Numbered from the stretch's first letter, positions 49,712 to 62,636 are shown. The stretch is DNA of 64,000 nt from Batkoa obscura (GCA_030770535.1 JASVEC010000002.1:1612001-1676000); one strand, 5' to 3'. Notes: generated by a model not told the origin, from the letters alone. Numbers and translations: made by a program.

Positions 49712-50724
49712 TTCTTTTAAGTTTTGTATAAATTGAGTTGATCTCTAATTGAGTATTTATACTTTTCAAAAAAATTTATTACTTTCTCCCTGAATTTAAA
49801 TGGTCCAATAAAACCTATCTCAATAATCCATTAAAGAACCACGTCTACTTCAATTTATTTCCTGGAACTTAATTTGCTGTATAATCACCATTTACATGTA
49901 AATTGTTCTTTATACGAATTTATTCCTATCTAGAAGCTTTATAAAAATAATAGCCAATTACTAACTATGGTAAAGTAAGATGGCAGTATAACCGTTAAAT
50001 CATTTTTTTATAAACCATAAACATTAACTCTATTAGTTTATAACATATAAATTAAGCACTATAAAAGAAGAAATTTTTAAATATATCAGTTTTTTTTAGG
50101 AATATAGATAATAAAAATAATTGTTATAATAATTTTTTTTATTTTGCCGCTTTAAAAGCTTCTATTTAAAATAGCTCTAATTAGTTTGAGCTCTAATAAA
50201 CTTTTTGAAATTTTTAAACCCTAAATTAGCTAAAATTATAAGAATATGATATAACAATGAAATAAAATTACATGAGTTCGTGCCGCTTTCTTTATTTTCA
50301 CTAGGGTTATCTAAGCTGCTAATCTTTTTTATATCGCTTCACTTTAAGTAGAACATTTAATAAATCTTAATAAAAACTTAATGAATAATGGTGGCTATAC
50401 TGTTTATAAAAGTAAGCAATATTAGTTAATTGATTTATTAAAGTTAACAAAATTTAATGGAATTAAAGTCAAAAATATAAAAGTAAATATTAATAAATAT
50501 TAAATAAAAAGCAGCCAAAACCCCATAAAAACGCTATAAGTTAGACCAAAAGCATGCTAAATTACATCTTGATAATAACAAGTTCTTGATAGTAAAGAAC
50601 CTTCTTATCAACCCTGTACACATTGCTAAATAAGAAAATAAAATTTCGATAAAATATTTCCAAAATTTACCAAGATAATAAATACTATATTAAATAAATA
50701 ACAAAATACGTATCCTATCAATGG

Positions 50725-50798
50725 GCTCGTATGGCGCAATTGGCTAGCGCGTCCGACTGTTAATCGGGAGGTTACTGGTTCGATCCCAGTTATGAGCG
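50725..50798 (+). tRNA. tRNA-Asn (GTT)
   Basis: GCTCGTATGGCGCAATTGGCTAGCGCGTCCGACTGTTAATCGGGAGGTTACTGGTTCGATCCCAGTTATGAGCG followed by a T-run. Confidence 0.95.
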
Positions 50799-52281
50799 TT
50801 TTATCTTTTAAAGATTTGCTTCTAAATTATATTATCAATTTTTTAGTTAAATACGTGACAAAAAGGTATTTCTATATGCTTTATCATAATAAATAATCGT
50901 ATAATTTTAATAAATTAATTTTTATTTCTTAACTGTAGTTTCAGAACTGAGAAATATACTTTCTAAAGCGCCTAGACTGTATAGTATTGACTTGTTATCA
51001 ACTGACCTAATGTTGATAAATTTTAATTATAGTCAAATCTAGTTAATGTGTTTTGTAAGCAATAATCAACCTCCTACTAGAAATTAGAATACTCCAGTGA
51101 AATTTAAATTTGAACAAATCAAAAACCAGGGCTAGTCAAATTTCTTGTACAAATAGCCTTTTGATCAGAAAATTAGAAACTAAACAAATAAGATTGATCA
51201 AATTATTCGTGTGGACAACAATCTGGTAGAAGATTGAAAACTGATTGAATCATAGTAGCTAAGAAGCATTTGACTTGAAAAGTAAGCTGTCCAAAACCAT
51301 TAAGTAGCTAGATGATGGGCTAAATAAGCTAACATTGTATATATCCTTGTTTTTTTTGCAAAAGAAACAAAGTGTTTAGACTTAAACATACATACTTTTT
51401 TTTCCTTAAAATTCCTCTTCATGGAAGCTCTAAATTTGATAGTATTAGTTTAAGCTATTTGAAAACCCAAATATTGGCAATCCTAAACTCATTAGTTTGT
51501 AATAAAATTATGACAATAAATTTATTATATAATTTATGTTTAGTATCTGAATTTTAAAGTTATCCACATTAAAAAGCTTAACAAATTATATAAGATAATA
51601 GCTATTGCTACTTTATAAGCTTTATTTAAGTCCCAAGGTTTATATAAGTAATATTAGTCTAAAATCAAATAGCTTTTAAACCATTTGATTTTATAATATT
51701 AAATTTACCAATTTAAAACATCTAAATATATAAACATATAAAATAGACCAATAGTTAGCTATTTTATAGTATTAGCTTAAAGTAAATTTTACTATCTATT
51801 TTATATAAGACAATCACTTTTATTAAAGAACTATTAACAAATATGTAGTAACATTTGATGTTTACTGTAACATATTATTTATAGATGTTTGAGCAACTTA
51901 TTACACTTTTGTTAAAATGAAATCACGATAAGTATAAAATATGATAAATTAATACTAAACTAATACTTTGATTATCAATTATCACTTAACTATCGTTTTA
52001 TGTTAAATAGATTATTATTTTTTCATATCCTTAATATTTAATAATTGATACGAATAAATTCCAAAAAAGGAAAATCGGTAAACTCTTAACTTTTATAATG
52101 CAACTTTATTTGCCAACCTTGAACATGCCAAGTTTTAAGAAAAATGTAAAGAACTTCTAATCTAATAAATGAATATTTAGGATAGCACAAATCTGGGCCA
52201 AGTAATAACATCAAATCCAAATAGTATAAAATGCAATCATAAATACTCTTTTTTTAAAAAACCAAAATCAAAGCTATCAAA

Positions 52282-52794
52282 ATGAATTCTATCATATGTT
52301 ATCAATTCACTAAAGATACCAAAACTAATGTTTATAACTTAAATCCTAAGCTTGACTATGTCAATCAAAAATATCAGTACTCACTCACATTTACTAATAA
52401 GAAGACTGCCATTGTAGTTGATGGCTTAGGTTTACCTTTAGCAAAAATTGAAAGTTGTGGCCTCTTTAATATAAGCAGATACAAGATTATTATTGCCATG
52501 CCAGAATTATGTCTTTCCGATCTTAAGATAAGATTGATAATACCAAGTAAAAGTAAAATGAATGCTTATCGCGCTGAAATTAAGATTAGCTCTCAAAACA
52601 GCAAGCAGGGTGTATCTTATTATTGGACTTATTACAGTGAAGAAGGCTGGTTTTTAAATAGCTCTAAGGATCCCGAATTATCTATTGCTTCCTACAGTTT
52701 TAAAAATCCAGTTTATACTTTGTTTTGCAATACTTCTAAAGAACTCAATGTTTTATTTTTGACAACTCTCTCCTTCCTTTTATATAGAAACTAG
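52282..52794 (+). CDS. Hypothetical 170-aa protein, paralog of 45414-45920
   Basis: Collinear similarity to 45414-45920 across the full length. Confidence 0.75.
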   Translation: MNSIICYQFTKDTKTNVYNLNPKLDYVNQKYQYSLTFTNKKTAIVVDGLGLPLAKIESCGLFNISRYKIIIAMPELCLSDLKIRLIIPSKSKMNAYRAEIKISSQNSKQGVSYYWTYYSEEGWFLNSSKDPELSIASYSFKNPVYTLFCNTSKELNVLFLTTLSFLLYRN

Positions 52795-53576
52795 TCATAA
52801 AATTATTGTATATATTTGCTCCTTTATTAACATCCTTTTAACTTAATAAACTCTACTTATTTTAATTTTTATATTATTGCAATTATCATTATTATCTATG
52901 AGATATGGGGTCTAATAAATACATTATTTTATGCGTTATTTTATTGATAGTAAAATAAGCCGAATTGTTTAGGATATGAACACTGTTCAAGTTATATACA
53001 TATTATATTATAATAAGCTTTAATATTAATTAAGTCAAAATCTTAATTTAATTCTCCGATCTATCCTAGAGTGATAGAAACTTCTTTACTTGACTGCGTG
53101 TAACAATATGCCAATATTATCTTTATAAGGATCATTATGGTAATATAAAATAACAGGGAAATAGGTTTTTTCATGATTTGCACAATCACACTTACACTAA
53201 ACTAATGATGGATCCTAATATCCTGATTCTTACGCTGTATTCATTACAATTTTAAATTTTGGGAGAAAGCTCACAGATGAAAACTTTATTAGTGAAATAA
53301 AGTTAATTGAATAACAAGGCTAGCTATCCAAGAGATATAGAGCTTCTAGACCCCTTGCGATTCTTTTCCAGGCGGAGTCTTAGAAAATCTAAAATCCATT
53401 TCCCAGGTGTTACCATTCAATAAACATTAACTGGACCGAAGGAACTGATTATTCATGCGCAAAGGAAAGTCTAGTATAGATTCTATACATAGTCCAGATG
53501 ATAGAAGAGCAAGAATAAGCTAAAAAAAAGTATGAATATGTTTGCCATGTTAAAAAAGAGCTTTGTATTAGTATAT

Positions 53577-53878
53577 GGGAATGTTTTTTTTGACTTCATT
53601 ACTTCTTCATTTTTCAAACACTATTTGAGTGGAAAAATTAATAAATTTTTTAAAAAAGACATCCCCATATATGCTTTTATTTAGGAAACAAACCCAAGCT
53701 GTTATATAAGTAAATTACTTGTTAATATTTTTTGAGCGTTCATTTAAATGTAAACTAAATATATCATGTATTAATACTTGGGTTTTAATATGAGGATGTT
53801 TTTTGGTTTCATTCTCCATTTTTAAGTACTATTTCAGTGGAAAAATTGTTAGTAAACTTAAACAAAAAATACATCGCC
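53577..53878 (-). mobile_element. Two MITE family 1 copies (53577-53666, 53792-53878)
   Basis: TIRs and ATAT flanks; CTATTT(G/C)AGTGGAAAAATT core. Confidence 0.82.
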
Positions 53879-54462
53879 ATATAATTTTTTTAGCAGATAA
53901 ATGAAAAACTTATTGTATCTATTTTTACAAAATGATATAGATAAAGTAATAATTAAAATGAATATAATTATTATGCTGATAACTGTAAAAGTGAAGCCAA
54001 CTATCGTATTGAAGTGTCCTAAGATTATGGGATATATTATATTATGATGCCTATGTATCTGCTGTTAAACTCAATTTAGGTTGTATAAATATTTATCGCA
54101 TATATTTTATATGATCTTTAGTTATATTATCTTTTACAAAAATAAAGTTTAAATATTATAAATAAAAACCAAACAACAAGCATATAGTTTAACAAAATAA
54201 TTATTATATATTTATTAAATAAAAACATATTTATAAAAGTAACGAGACAACTGTTGTTTACAAATTTGAAAACGGTAAAAGATTTAAATTTTTATCTTTT
54301 ACTTTAACTTTTAAATGTGTTAATGAATATAAATAATTAGAGCTTTTTAAAAAGATAATTGGCATCGCCTAAGTAAAATATTATTAATGAAACATAAAAA
54401 AGCTATAAAGTTTTCATTATATAAACCTAGAATTCAAATTCAAAACTACTTTTTAATGATAT

Positions 54463-54557
54463 GGATGTGACTTTTTTTGCTTATGAATTTCATTACGATA
54501 TCTACTTAATGGTGGTCGAAAAGTAGAATAATTAATGAAATTAAAGAAGACATTTCC
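54463..54557 (+). mobile_element. MITE family 1 copy (highly degenerate)
   Basis: ATAT-GGATGT...ACATTTCC-ATAT, same length, weak core match. Confidence 0.5.
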
Positions 54558-55450
54558 ATATGTATTAAATTACGATAACTTGAGTATAAGATTCATTTCA
54601 AATAAACAAGCAAGTCTAAAGACGTCTAAAACAATAACATAGTTAAACGAAAAATGTATTTATAGTTTATAAAAACCCAAGGATCAGATAAGTGGACACT
54701 AATAATATTTTCAAAATGTTTAGCATATTAAGGAAAGTGATTTATTAATGAAAAAAGGTTAAAAAAAACTTGAATGTGAAGTCCAATCAGAAAAAAGCGG
54801 ATAGGTAATATGGCTCAAATATATGGTAAAGTAATAATGATTATAGCTAGAGGCCCCCAAATCAATGGTTAAAAAGCGAATAGCAGTCTGACATATCACT
54901 CCTAGGGCTAAGTGTGACCTGAAAATAGACTTTTTGCTTTGAGTTTTTTTCGGCCTAAATGATTTAAATATAATTCTTTAAAGACTAAAAGTATGCCACT
55001 CTTGTCACAGTCTTTCTAATAACATTCTAACTTGCTTTTTAATAGGCTTTGACTATAAAGGTCTCGAATTTTATAGACCATGCTCTAAGGTTACCTTAAT
55101 TTTATCACTAAAATGTTAATCGTAACAGCTAAAACATTTAAAGGTATTAGCTATTAACTTAAAAAAGGAATTTGTTAATTTGGTAAAACGATCTGGCTTT
55201 AAGTTTAGTATTTTATATTAAAAAAGCAATCAAATAGATTAAAAAGTAAACTGTGATATTTTTGGGGCACCAAATTAAGAATAAACTACAAAACTGGATG
55301 GATTGCAAAATAACTCATGAATAGATGTTATAAAATGAGTTGATTGGAAATTGTGTCTTAATTCAAAAGTTCAAGGTGGCTATAATAACAATTAGTAATT
55401 AAAAATAAGTCAAGGATTCTTTTTCATTAAAAAAGACAATATTGAACAAC

Positions 55451-57103
55451 ATGAATAAAATAACAAAAGGTGATAAGTTGCCGAACAGATGTGATAATTG
55501 TAGTAGAAAGAACATAGGTTGTGATAGGATGCAACCAAAATGTCGAAATTGTATCAAGAGTAAACTTGAATGTACATTTCAAAGACCCATTAAAAAAATA
55601 AACAAACTACATTATATGGATAAAAATTTAGTTAAGTTTAGTGTTTCTATAAATAGTCGTATGGTTAAAGATACAAATCCAATATTTAATATATATGATA
55701 CTATACAAAACAAATATGCCTTACATAATATTTTAGTTATGTTGCAATACCCTAGTCCATTTCAGATAAGTAGTAATGTATGCATTGTAATGTCTCTAGT
55801 TAAAAGTATCCAATGCTATAGACCTAAAGCTAATATAGAATTAAATGGGTTAATTACTTTTAAACTAAATGAGCGTTTCAAAATAGATTTATTAAATAGG
55901 GCGTTATCAGAGTTTGAATTATATAATAGGACACAGTTAATGTTATTTCATCCTCGAAACATCAAGTTAAATGAAAGATCTGAGATATTAGTAGATATTA
56001 TTTATTTATTTGGACTAACAAAATTAGAGTGTAACAAAGAAATAATAAATTATTATGAAAACAAAGTAAAAAATCATTATTTAAATTTGATGAATATTCG
56101 ACCAAGTTTGGATAATTTACAAGGTTTTTTAATTGTATTATATGGATTAAGACAATATCGTTGGATAGATAAAATCAATTATTCGCTTGTCGGCTGGATT
56201 TTACGTGTTTCTCAAATTTTAGGACTTCCTTTTAGTAAAAGAAAACACAAGAAATATGTTCAATTAGAAAGACAACTAGCTTATAATTTATTGCATCAAT
56301 TATTAGGAATTTTCAGTATCAATTCTTTCTTTTTTAGTGCAGTTCCATATAAATGTAAAATTCCATGTCTAGATTTATATATATCTTTTTCAATTCATTT
56401 TGATTCTAATATAATAGGTAATTTATTAATATTTTAATATTTTAATATTCAAAGCTTATAATCATTTATAGCTAATTTAATCTTTAATGACTTCATTTCC
56501 GAATTTAATAATATTTGCTTTTGTTTAAGTCAAATCAAATGTAATATTTATGAGACTAAAGAAGGAATTGAAAGTTTAAAACAAAGCATTTTACGGTTAT
56601 TAAAGCGAGAAGATAAAATTCATAATCAATACATTGGTTTATTAAATCAGTATTGTAATAATGAAACTTATTTTACGGCATGTATCAATTTATATCATTA
56701 TTATATATCTTATTTCATTCACTCTATCTTATTCTTTAACGCTACTGATTCTCCTACTTCAACCATGGCCTATAAATTAGAATTATACTGTGGTATTTCA
56801 CAAAGAGAATGGATTATACGAACCCTCGACTTATGTTTACAATGTCTAAAGTGTTTCATCGATTTACCTTTAAACAATAACTCTTTCTTTATTTACGCCT
56901 TTATAAATCAACCCATATTATTTTTATTGAGGTATAAAAGTAAGCTTAATTTATCAAAAGATAACGTTAGACTTTTGAAGTATAACCAAGCATATGAGTT
57001 ATGTAAGCAAAAGTTTTTACAAATTATACAGAGCCCTTTTGATAATGTTTATGCACAATCGAACTTGAGATTAATTGACACAATGCATTCATTAACTTCT
57101 TAA
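55451..57103 (+). CDS. Zn(II)2Cys6 fungal transcription factor (2 exons)
   Basis: CDNCSRKNIGCDRMQPKCRNCIKSKLEC binuclear cluster; intron 56418-56471 joins in frame to ORF 56765-57103. Confidence 0.88.
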
Positions 57104-57164
57104 TTTGCTAAAATATAACATATATTTATATCAATCTAATTTACTCTTTATCTATTTTAAATAA

Positions 57165-58060
57165 TTATAATTTAGTTTTATTATTGTTTAAAAAATTGAA
57201 TAATAAGGTAATCAGATTAATATCACGTGGCATATCATTATGGTCCCCAAAATTATCAACAACCATATGTACTTTGTTAAATTTTTGTTCCATTAATTTA
57301 TTAAGGAAATTATAGCCTTGGTCATTTGGTAATAGAGTATCAGTATTAGAATGGACAAGTAAAAATTCTTTATCGAAACAATCTAACCCGTTATTTCTGT
57401 TATTAAATTTAATAAATTGTGGTGAATAGTTATCCCATCTATCTTTATCTTTACCAAAACAAAGCTCAATAAAAGCATCCTTATAGCCATCATTATATTT
57501 CACTAATAAACTAATATCAAGTACTGAAGCAAGTAACATTAAACCTTGTACTTTCTTTAATAATTGAACATCATCTTCGTTAATATGTGGGTAATATGTA
57601 AATAAATCTAACATAATCATCGAAATCATAAAGCCACCAGCAGAATGACCAGCCAACCAAACACCTTTATATTTCAAATCCAATTTTAATACATGTAATA
57701 TTCCATTTAATGCATCATTCAAGTGAGTTGGATATCTTACATTATTTTCAAAATCAGTGATACGATATTTTAATAATACGAAGTTAATTCCCAACTTACT
57801 TAATGTTTCTCCCATAAAGAAGAAATTACTACTTTGATCCGTTACCCAGCCACCGCCATGAAGTAAAATAATTAAGGGTTGATTTGGTGCTCCATTGAAT
57901 ATATAATAAGTTTGATCTATTTCATTTCCATACTTTCCATCTGGATTACGTTCAATTCCTCGAGTTAATATACTATGATTATTTATTTAAATAAAGCTAT
58001 TAAATTTAAATTCAACACTTACTGAGGTTTACTTAATAATCTTTCACTTTTAGCATCCAT
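57165..58060 (-). CDS. Canonical kynurenine-formamidase-like alpha/beta hydrolase (paralog D, ~281 aa, 2 exons), no insert, C-terminal TKL
   Basis: ATG 58060, phase-2 intron 57973-58022; LIILLHGGGW, YR, YPTHLND, AGHSAGG, YSP, HSNTDTLLP, GDHND. Confidence 0.88.
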
Positions 58061-58755
58061 TATTTTTTTATTTAATTTAATTTAATTTCTTTCAATTTCT
58101 TTCAATTTTTTATATCCCTTTTTTATATATTAGTTCTTTTCTGGTTTTCGAATTTGAACCTATCAACTTTGGTTTCTTGCTTTGCCTTTTTTGGTTCTTA
58201 AAATCTCTAACCCTTACAAATTATTTACATACTATTTATGTTATTATAAATAAATAGTAATAATAAAAGTTTAGAAGTTATTGTATATATTTGTATCTTT
58301 TTCAGCCATTTATTACAAATCGTATTGTATTTGTTTTTAAAAATCAAGTTACATGAACATGCTACCAATTTTACAATATATAATCAAAGAGTTAATAGTT
58401 AAGTTCTAATTAAATAAAGTAAACATTATTTAAATAGCTTTAATTAATTCATAAAGTACAAATGAAAATATAACCCAAACCCACTTTAAAAAAATTCTTC
58501 AAAATCTCGAACAAGCCATTGACTCTCGAGTATATTATTTGATAGTAAACTGTGGAAGTAGGGAGTGGGAGTTGAAGCTAAAGAGAAAGAGCTTGTGAAG
58601 TTCGAAAAAAGAGGTGAAGTAAAAAGATAATCATGAGGTTAAGAGTTTTATTTTTACTTTAGTCTTTATATAGATTATTTTATAGTAGAAATTCTAACGT
58701 TTTTCCCTTCTAAACAGTTTATTTATCTTGGAATAAAGTTGAAAAGGTTAAAAAA

Positions 58756-58829
58756 TGTTTCCGTCCAGATTCGAACTGGAGACCTTCTGTGTGTTAGACA
58801 GATGTGATAACCAACTACACCACGGAAAC
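58756..58829 (-). tRNA. tRNA-Val (AAC)
   Basis: Reverse complement GTTTCCGTGGTGTAGTTGGTTATCACATCTGTCTAACACACAGAAGGTCTCCAGTTCGAATCTGGACGGAAACA. Confidence 0.95.
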
Positions 58830-59171
58830 ATGAAGATTGATATAATGATAGTAAAACAACTATATTTATATTGCACGATTATAATTAGAAGAGTTAGTGT
58901 TTAATAAACCTTTGACGCTCAACTTTTTTGGTAGGATCCCATTTAGGTATCTAGCTAGTTTTTATAATTAAAATAAGCAGACATCTCTATCTATATAGGA
59001 GACTACTATTTGTTTTTGATTTCAAAAGCTGCTACATAAAGTAAATAAGTATTTAAATGGGAATTTTATGAAATTGTAATTAATAGCCTTTCCAAAACTC
59101 AAATTAAATAAAATGAATTGTTTCATAATTTTATTGAATGTTGTAATTTTATAACAGTCAAGGCAGCAAGC

Positions 59172-60464
59172 CTATAAACTTTTCATGAAATTTGATATCA
59201 TGGTATTTTCAGAATCAGCTGTAAAACGAGAAGCTTCTGGATCATTATTAGTCATAGAAACCGTAGAAGATTGTTCTTCATAATCAAGATCAACTATAAA
59301 AAGATCATTAATCAATAGAATAAATAATAATAATATAAATTACTATCTTTTTTAATTCTTTTACTAATAAAATATTTATACTTTAATTTCAAATAAATCT
59401 TTTTAATTGCTGAATGAACTGTTGGATCACAACAAAAAGCAATAAAATTTAATGTACCAGCAAATGGTAATACTATTAATGACCATTGATCTAAAGCTAG
59501 ATTTTCGCCCTTATTAAGATCATAATAATATTGAGAAATAATACCAGGAAATTGAGTAAATACCATAACCAGAGGATATAATAAACTAAACTAAAAGTAA
59601 GTAAGTGATGAATAGAAAATCATATTAAATGTACATTCTATAAGCTAATGTTTTAACACTATTTTCTGCTCTTTTAGAAGCTTCAGTGCCTCGAAAGTAT
59701 TTATGTTTCTTAATTAAACAGGCATTTTGATTTAATCGTAAAATTACAATAATTACAATAACAATTAAATAAATCATACATATCGATCTCCATATTTGAT
59801 TAGCAAATAAATCTAGCATCTTACCATTAAACTCCCCACTTTCGTTATCTGCAATATAACATCCATAATAATCACTATACCCTAATTGTCCCAAAGCTAT
59901 ACAATTATTAATATGACTAAAAAAGTACTACAAAATAAATTACCTAATGGTGGAATTGAAAGAATCAATGAAAGTGTTAATGGAATTAACCAATACATAG
60001 CTTCCATTTTTTTAGTAATTATTTGATTATTTAAAAATACTAATTGAAGATTGATAGCAATTGAGACATTCAAAAAAGCATAGAATACATTGAAAAATAA
60101 AGCTAAATAACCACGAGTTGTACAAGAGGCATTTGCTCCAGCTGGTGATATTGATCGCCATATTGCTCCGCCATGTAGCCATACATCATATACTGATAGC
60201 CCAGTTTGTAATCTTAAAGATACTCGATCTACTAATCGTCGATTATAAAGGGCTATTTGAGTATTAGATTAATATTATAATAAATTATGTGTTAAATAGT
60301 AAATAGTAAATAGTAAATAACAAATAATAATTAAATGATAATTAAAACTTACATAAGATTACCATAAATAAAATGACCAAAAAAGCTAATGCTAGAGAAA
60401 TTTTAGATACTGTTGGATAATATTTAGTAGCTAGAAAGATGGCAAATGAACTTGGTTGATCCAT
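59172..60464 (-). CDS. Seven-TM GPCR-like protein (Git3/cAMP-receptor-like), ~5 exons
   Basis: Spliced reading gives MDQPSSFAIF..., DRVSLRL, SIAINLQLVF, GCYI, LYPLVMVFTQFP, GTLNFIAFCCDP with multiple hydrophobic helices; ends ...NFMKSL TAG. Confidence 0.78.
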
Positions 60465-61790
60465 TATTCTACTATTTATTTTTCAGAGCTTGATTATTTT
60501 ATTAGTTTCTATTTACTCATTTATATACAATAAAGATGGGAATAATGAGAACAGAAAAAGCCACCCGTTTTATTTATTTTCATACATATATTGAAATGCT
60601 AGTGTAAAATTTATATGCATAATTAATAGTAAATTAGATTATTTGTTCTATCAAAAATTACAACATCAATATAAAAAATTAGATTATTTCCGACTTTTTA
60701 TTTATTTGTTCTTTTGATTAATATTGAATGTATAATTGTAACTTATTTTGTTATAATAGATTGATTTGAATGAAGTTTGATCTATCTAAATAACAAAATA
60801 TCTTAAATAATGGTAATGATAATCTATATTTAATTTTAATGAAAAATAATAATAGTGAATTTATTAACAAATAGACATAGATTTTTTCTTAAAAGAAAAT
60901 CTCTAATATTTGCAAATAATAATAAATCCAATTCCTTAATTATAGCAATAAATTACTCAATATGGAATTAAATTTTATGTATGAACTTTTAATTTGTATT
61001 ATTTTATATTATCATTGAACTTTACTTTTTTCGATGCTTTTAATTCCAATATCCTTTTTTGATACAAGACAAAGGATGTTTATTATCTAAAAAATGGTAT
61101 ATTATATTGATTATTTCAATCTAGGAATATATGAAAATGAACTTTATTTTTATTGATTGCGAAAAGTAGTACAAACAGTAATTCTATTTTTGGTTGAACA
61201 ATGTCTAAGCTATCTAAAATCATATAAAGGAATTTGTAAATACCTTTTTATGTTTATTTACAATAAATAAAATGCTATAAAGAACTTTATAATATTAAAA
61301 ATTAAAAAGGAAAGTATAATAAAATAAATACAAATATGAAAGACTTATCAATCAAATACAATTTTATACTGATTGTAATACTTTATTAAAACAGAATTAA
61401 AATAAAACGATATAAAGTTTGTATATTTATTTCACATTGTTAATTTTATCTTTTACTTCATTTTATCTCCATAGTAAAACAATTTCAAAATTAGTTGATT
61501 TGTTTAAAGCCTTAAAATCCTTAAAAATTAGAAATAAAAACACAAAACAAAAGTATTTACTAAAATAATAATGTTAATAATAGTTTGACAAATTAAAATA
61601 TTTCAAAGACTAAAAATGTTTAAAAGTTATATTAAAAAAGGAAAACTATTGTTACTTTTTTTTATTAAGTTAAATTATCATAAATGACTTAAGTGCATTA
61701 TAAACTTATTTAGCCATTAATTATTATCCTACCATTTCTAAAATATCTGAAAAATTAGCTCTAATAATAGTATTATTTAAAATAACATAC

Positions 61791-61888
61791 GGGGATGTTT
61801 TTTTGGTTTCATCACTTTTTCTATTTTTTAAGCGCTATTTGAGTAGAAAAATTATTAGTAAAATTCTTAAACACAAAAATATATCCCC
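61791..61888 (-). mobile_element. MITE family 1 copy with ATAC target duplication
   Basis: ATAC-GGGGATG...TATCCCC-ATAC. Confidence 0.88.
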
Positions 61889-61976
61889 ATACTTTCTTAT
61901 TAAACATTGTTTTCCTTAATAGCTATATGAAAGTTGATGCTCAGTGGTTAGAGTTAAAAGCAGTTTTTAATTAGTT

Positions 61977-62334
61977 GTAAGTCAAAGGATCTTAGCTTAT
62001 AATTAAGATAGACTTAAGTTATGAAGAATGGCACGTAATAGACTATGGACTATGTAAGACAAATGGAATAGACAATACTATTGTAAAGTCTACGTAAAAT
62101 ACTATCAGAAAAACTTAGTGGCTTTATTGAAGGTACAATACTAGGAAATAATTCAATAACGAATCCTTGGGTTATTATACTGAAGAATCTTTTTTATACC
62201 CTAATTAGATGACTATATATAAGAAACATGATAACACTTATTCCTTATTATAGTTACTAAGTATGGACATTGAAATGAGAAGATAATGTCCTTTGTAATT
62301 AGGTGGTAGATATTTTCACAGGCAATCAAAATAA
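61977..62334 (+). repeat. Dispersed repeat, homologous to 10052-10357
   Basis: Collinear with 10052-10357 with a small insertion. Confidence 0.75.
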
Positions 62335-62537
62335 AGAATTCTGAGTTAATTGTATCATATGAATTACAGTCAAATTAATTATAAGACTGTAGTTAGTTTT
62401 GTAAGCAAGTTAAGTGATTATTATGTTATGACTAATCATAGAAGCTGATAAAGGAATATTTATAGTTATTTAACATTATAAATTAATAAATGAACTTTTT
62501 TAGAGATTAAAAACAGGCATATTTATTGATAACATAT

Positions 62538-62636
62538 GGGAGTGTTTTTTTTAACTTCACTACTTTTTCCATTTTTTAAGCACTATTTAAGCGGAAAATT
62601 TGTTAGTAAGATTCTTAAATACAAAAATACATCCCC
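62538..62636 (-). mobile_element. MITE family 1 copy
   Basis: ATAT-GGGAGTG...CATCCCC-ATAT. Confidence 0.88.

Noticed and set aside
51061..51340. Stretch that reads protein-like if its many TAG/TAA/TGA codons are reverted to CAG/CAA/CGA (possible C-to-T hypermutated relic)
   Set aside because: No recognisable domain, and stop density is not clearly different from AT-rich background; cannot be supported without a homology search.
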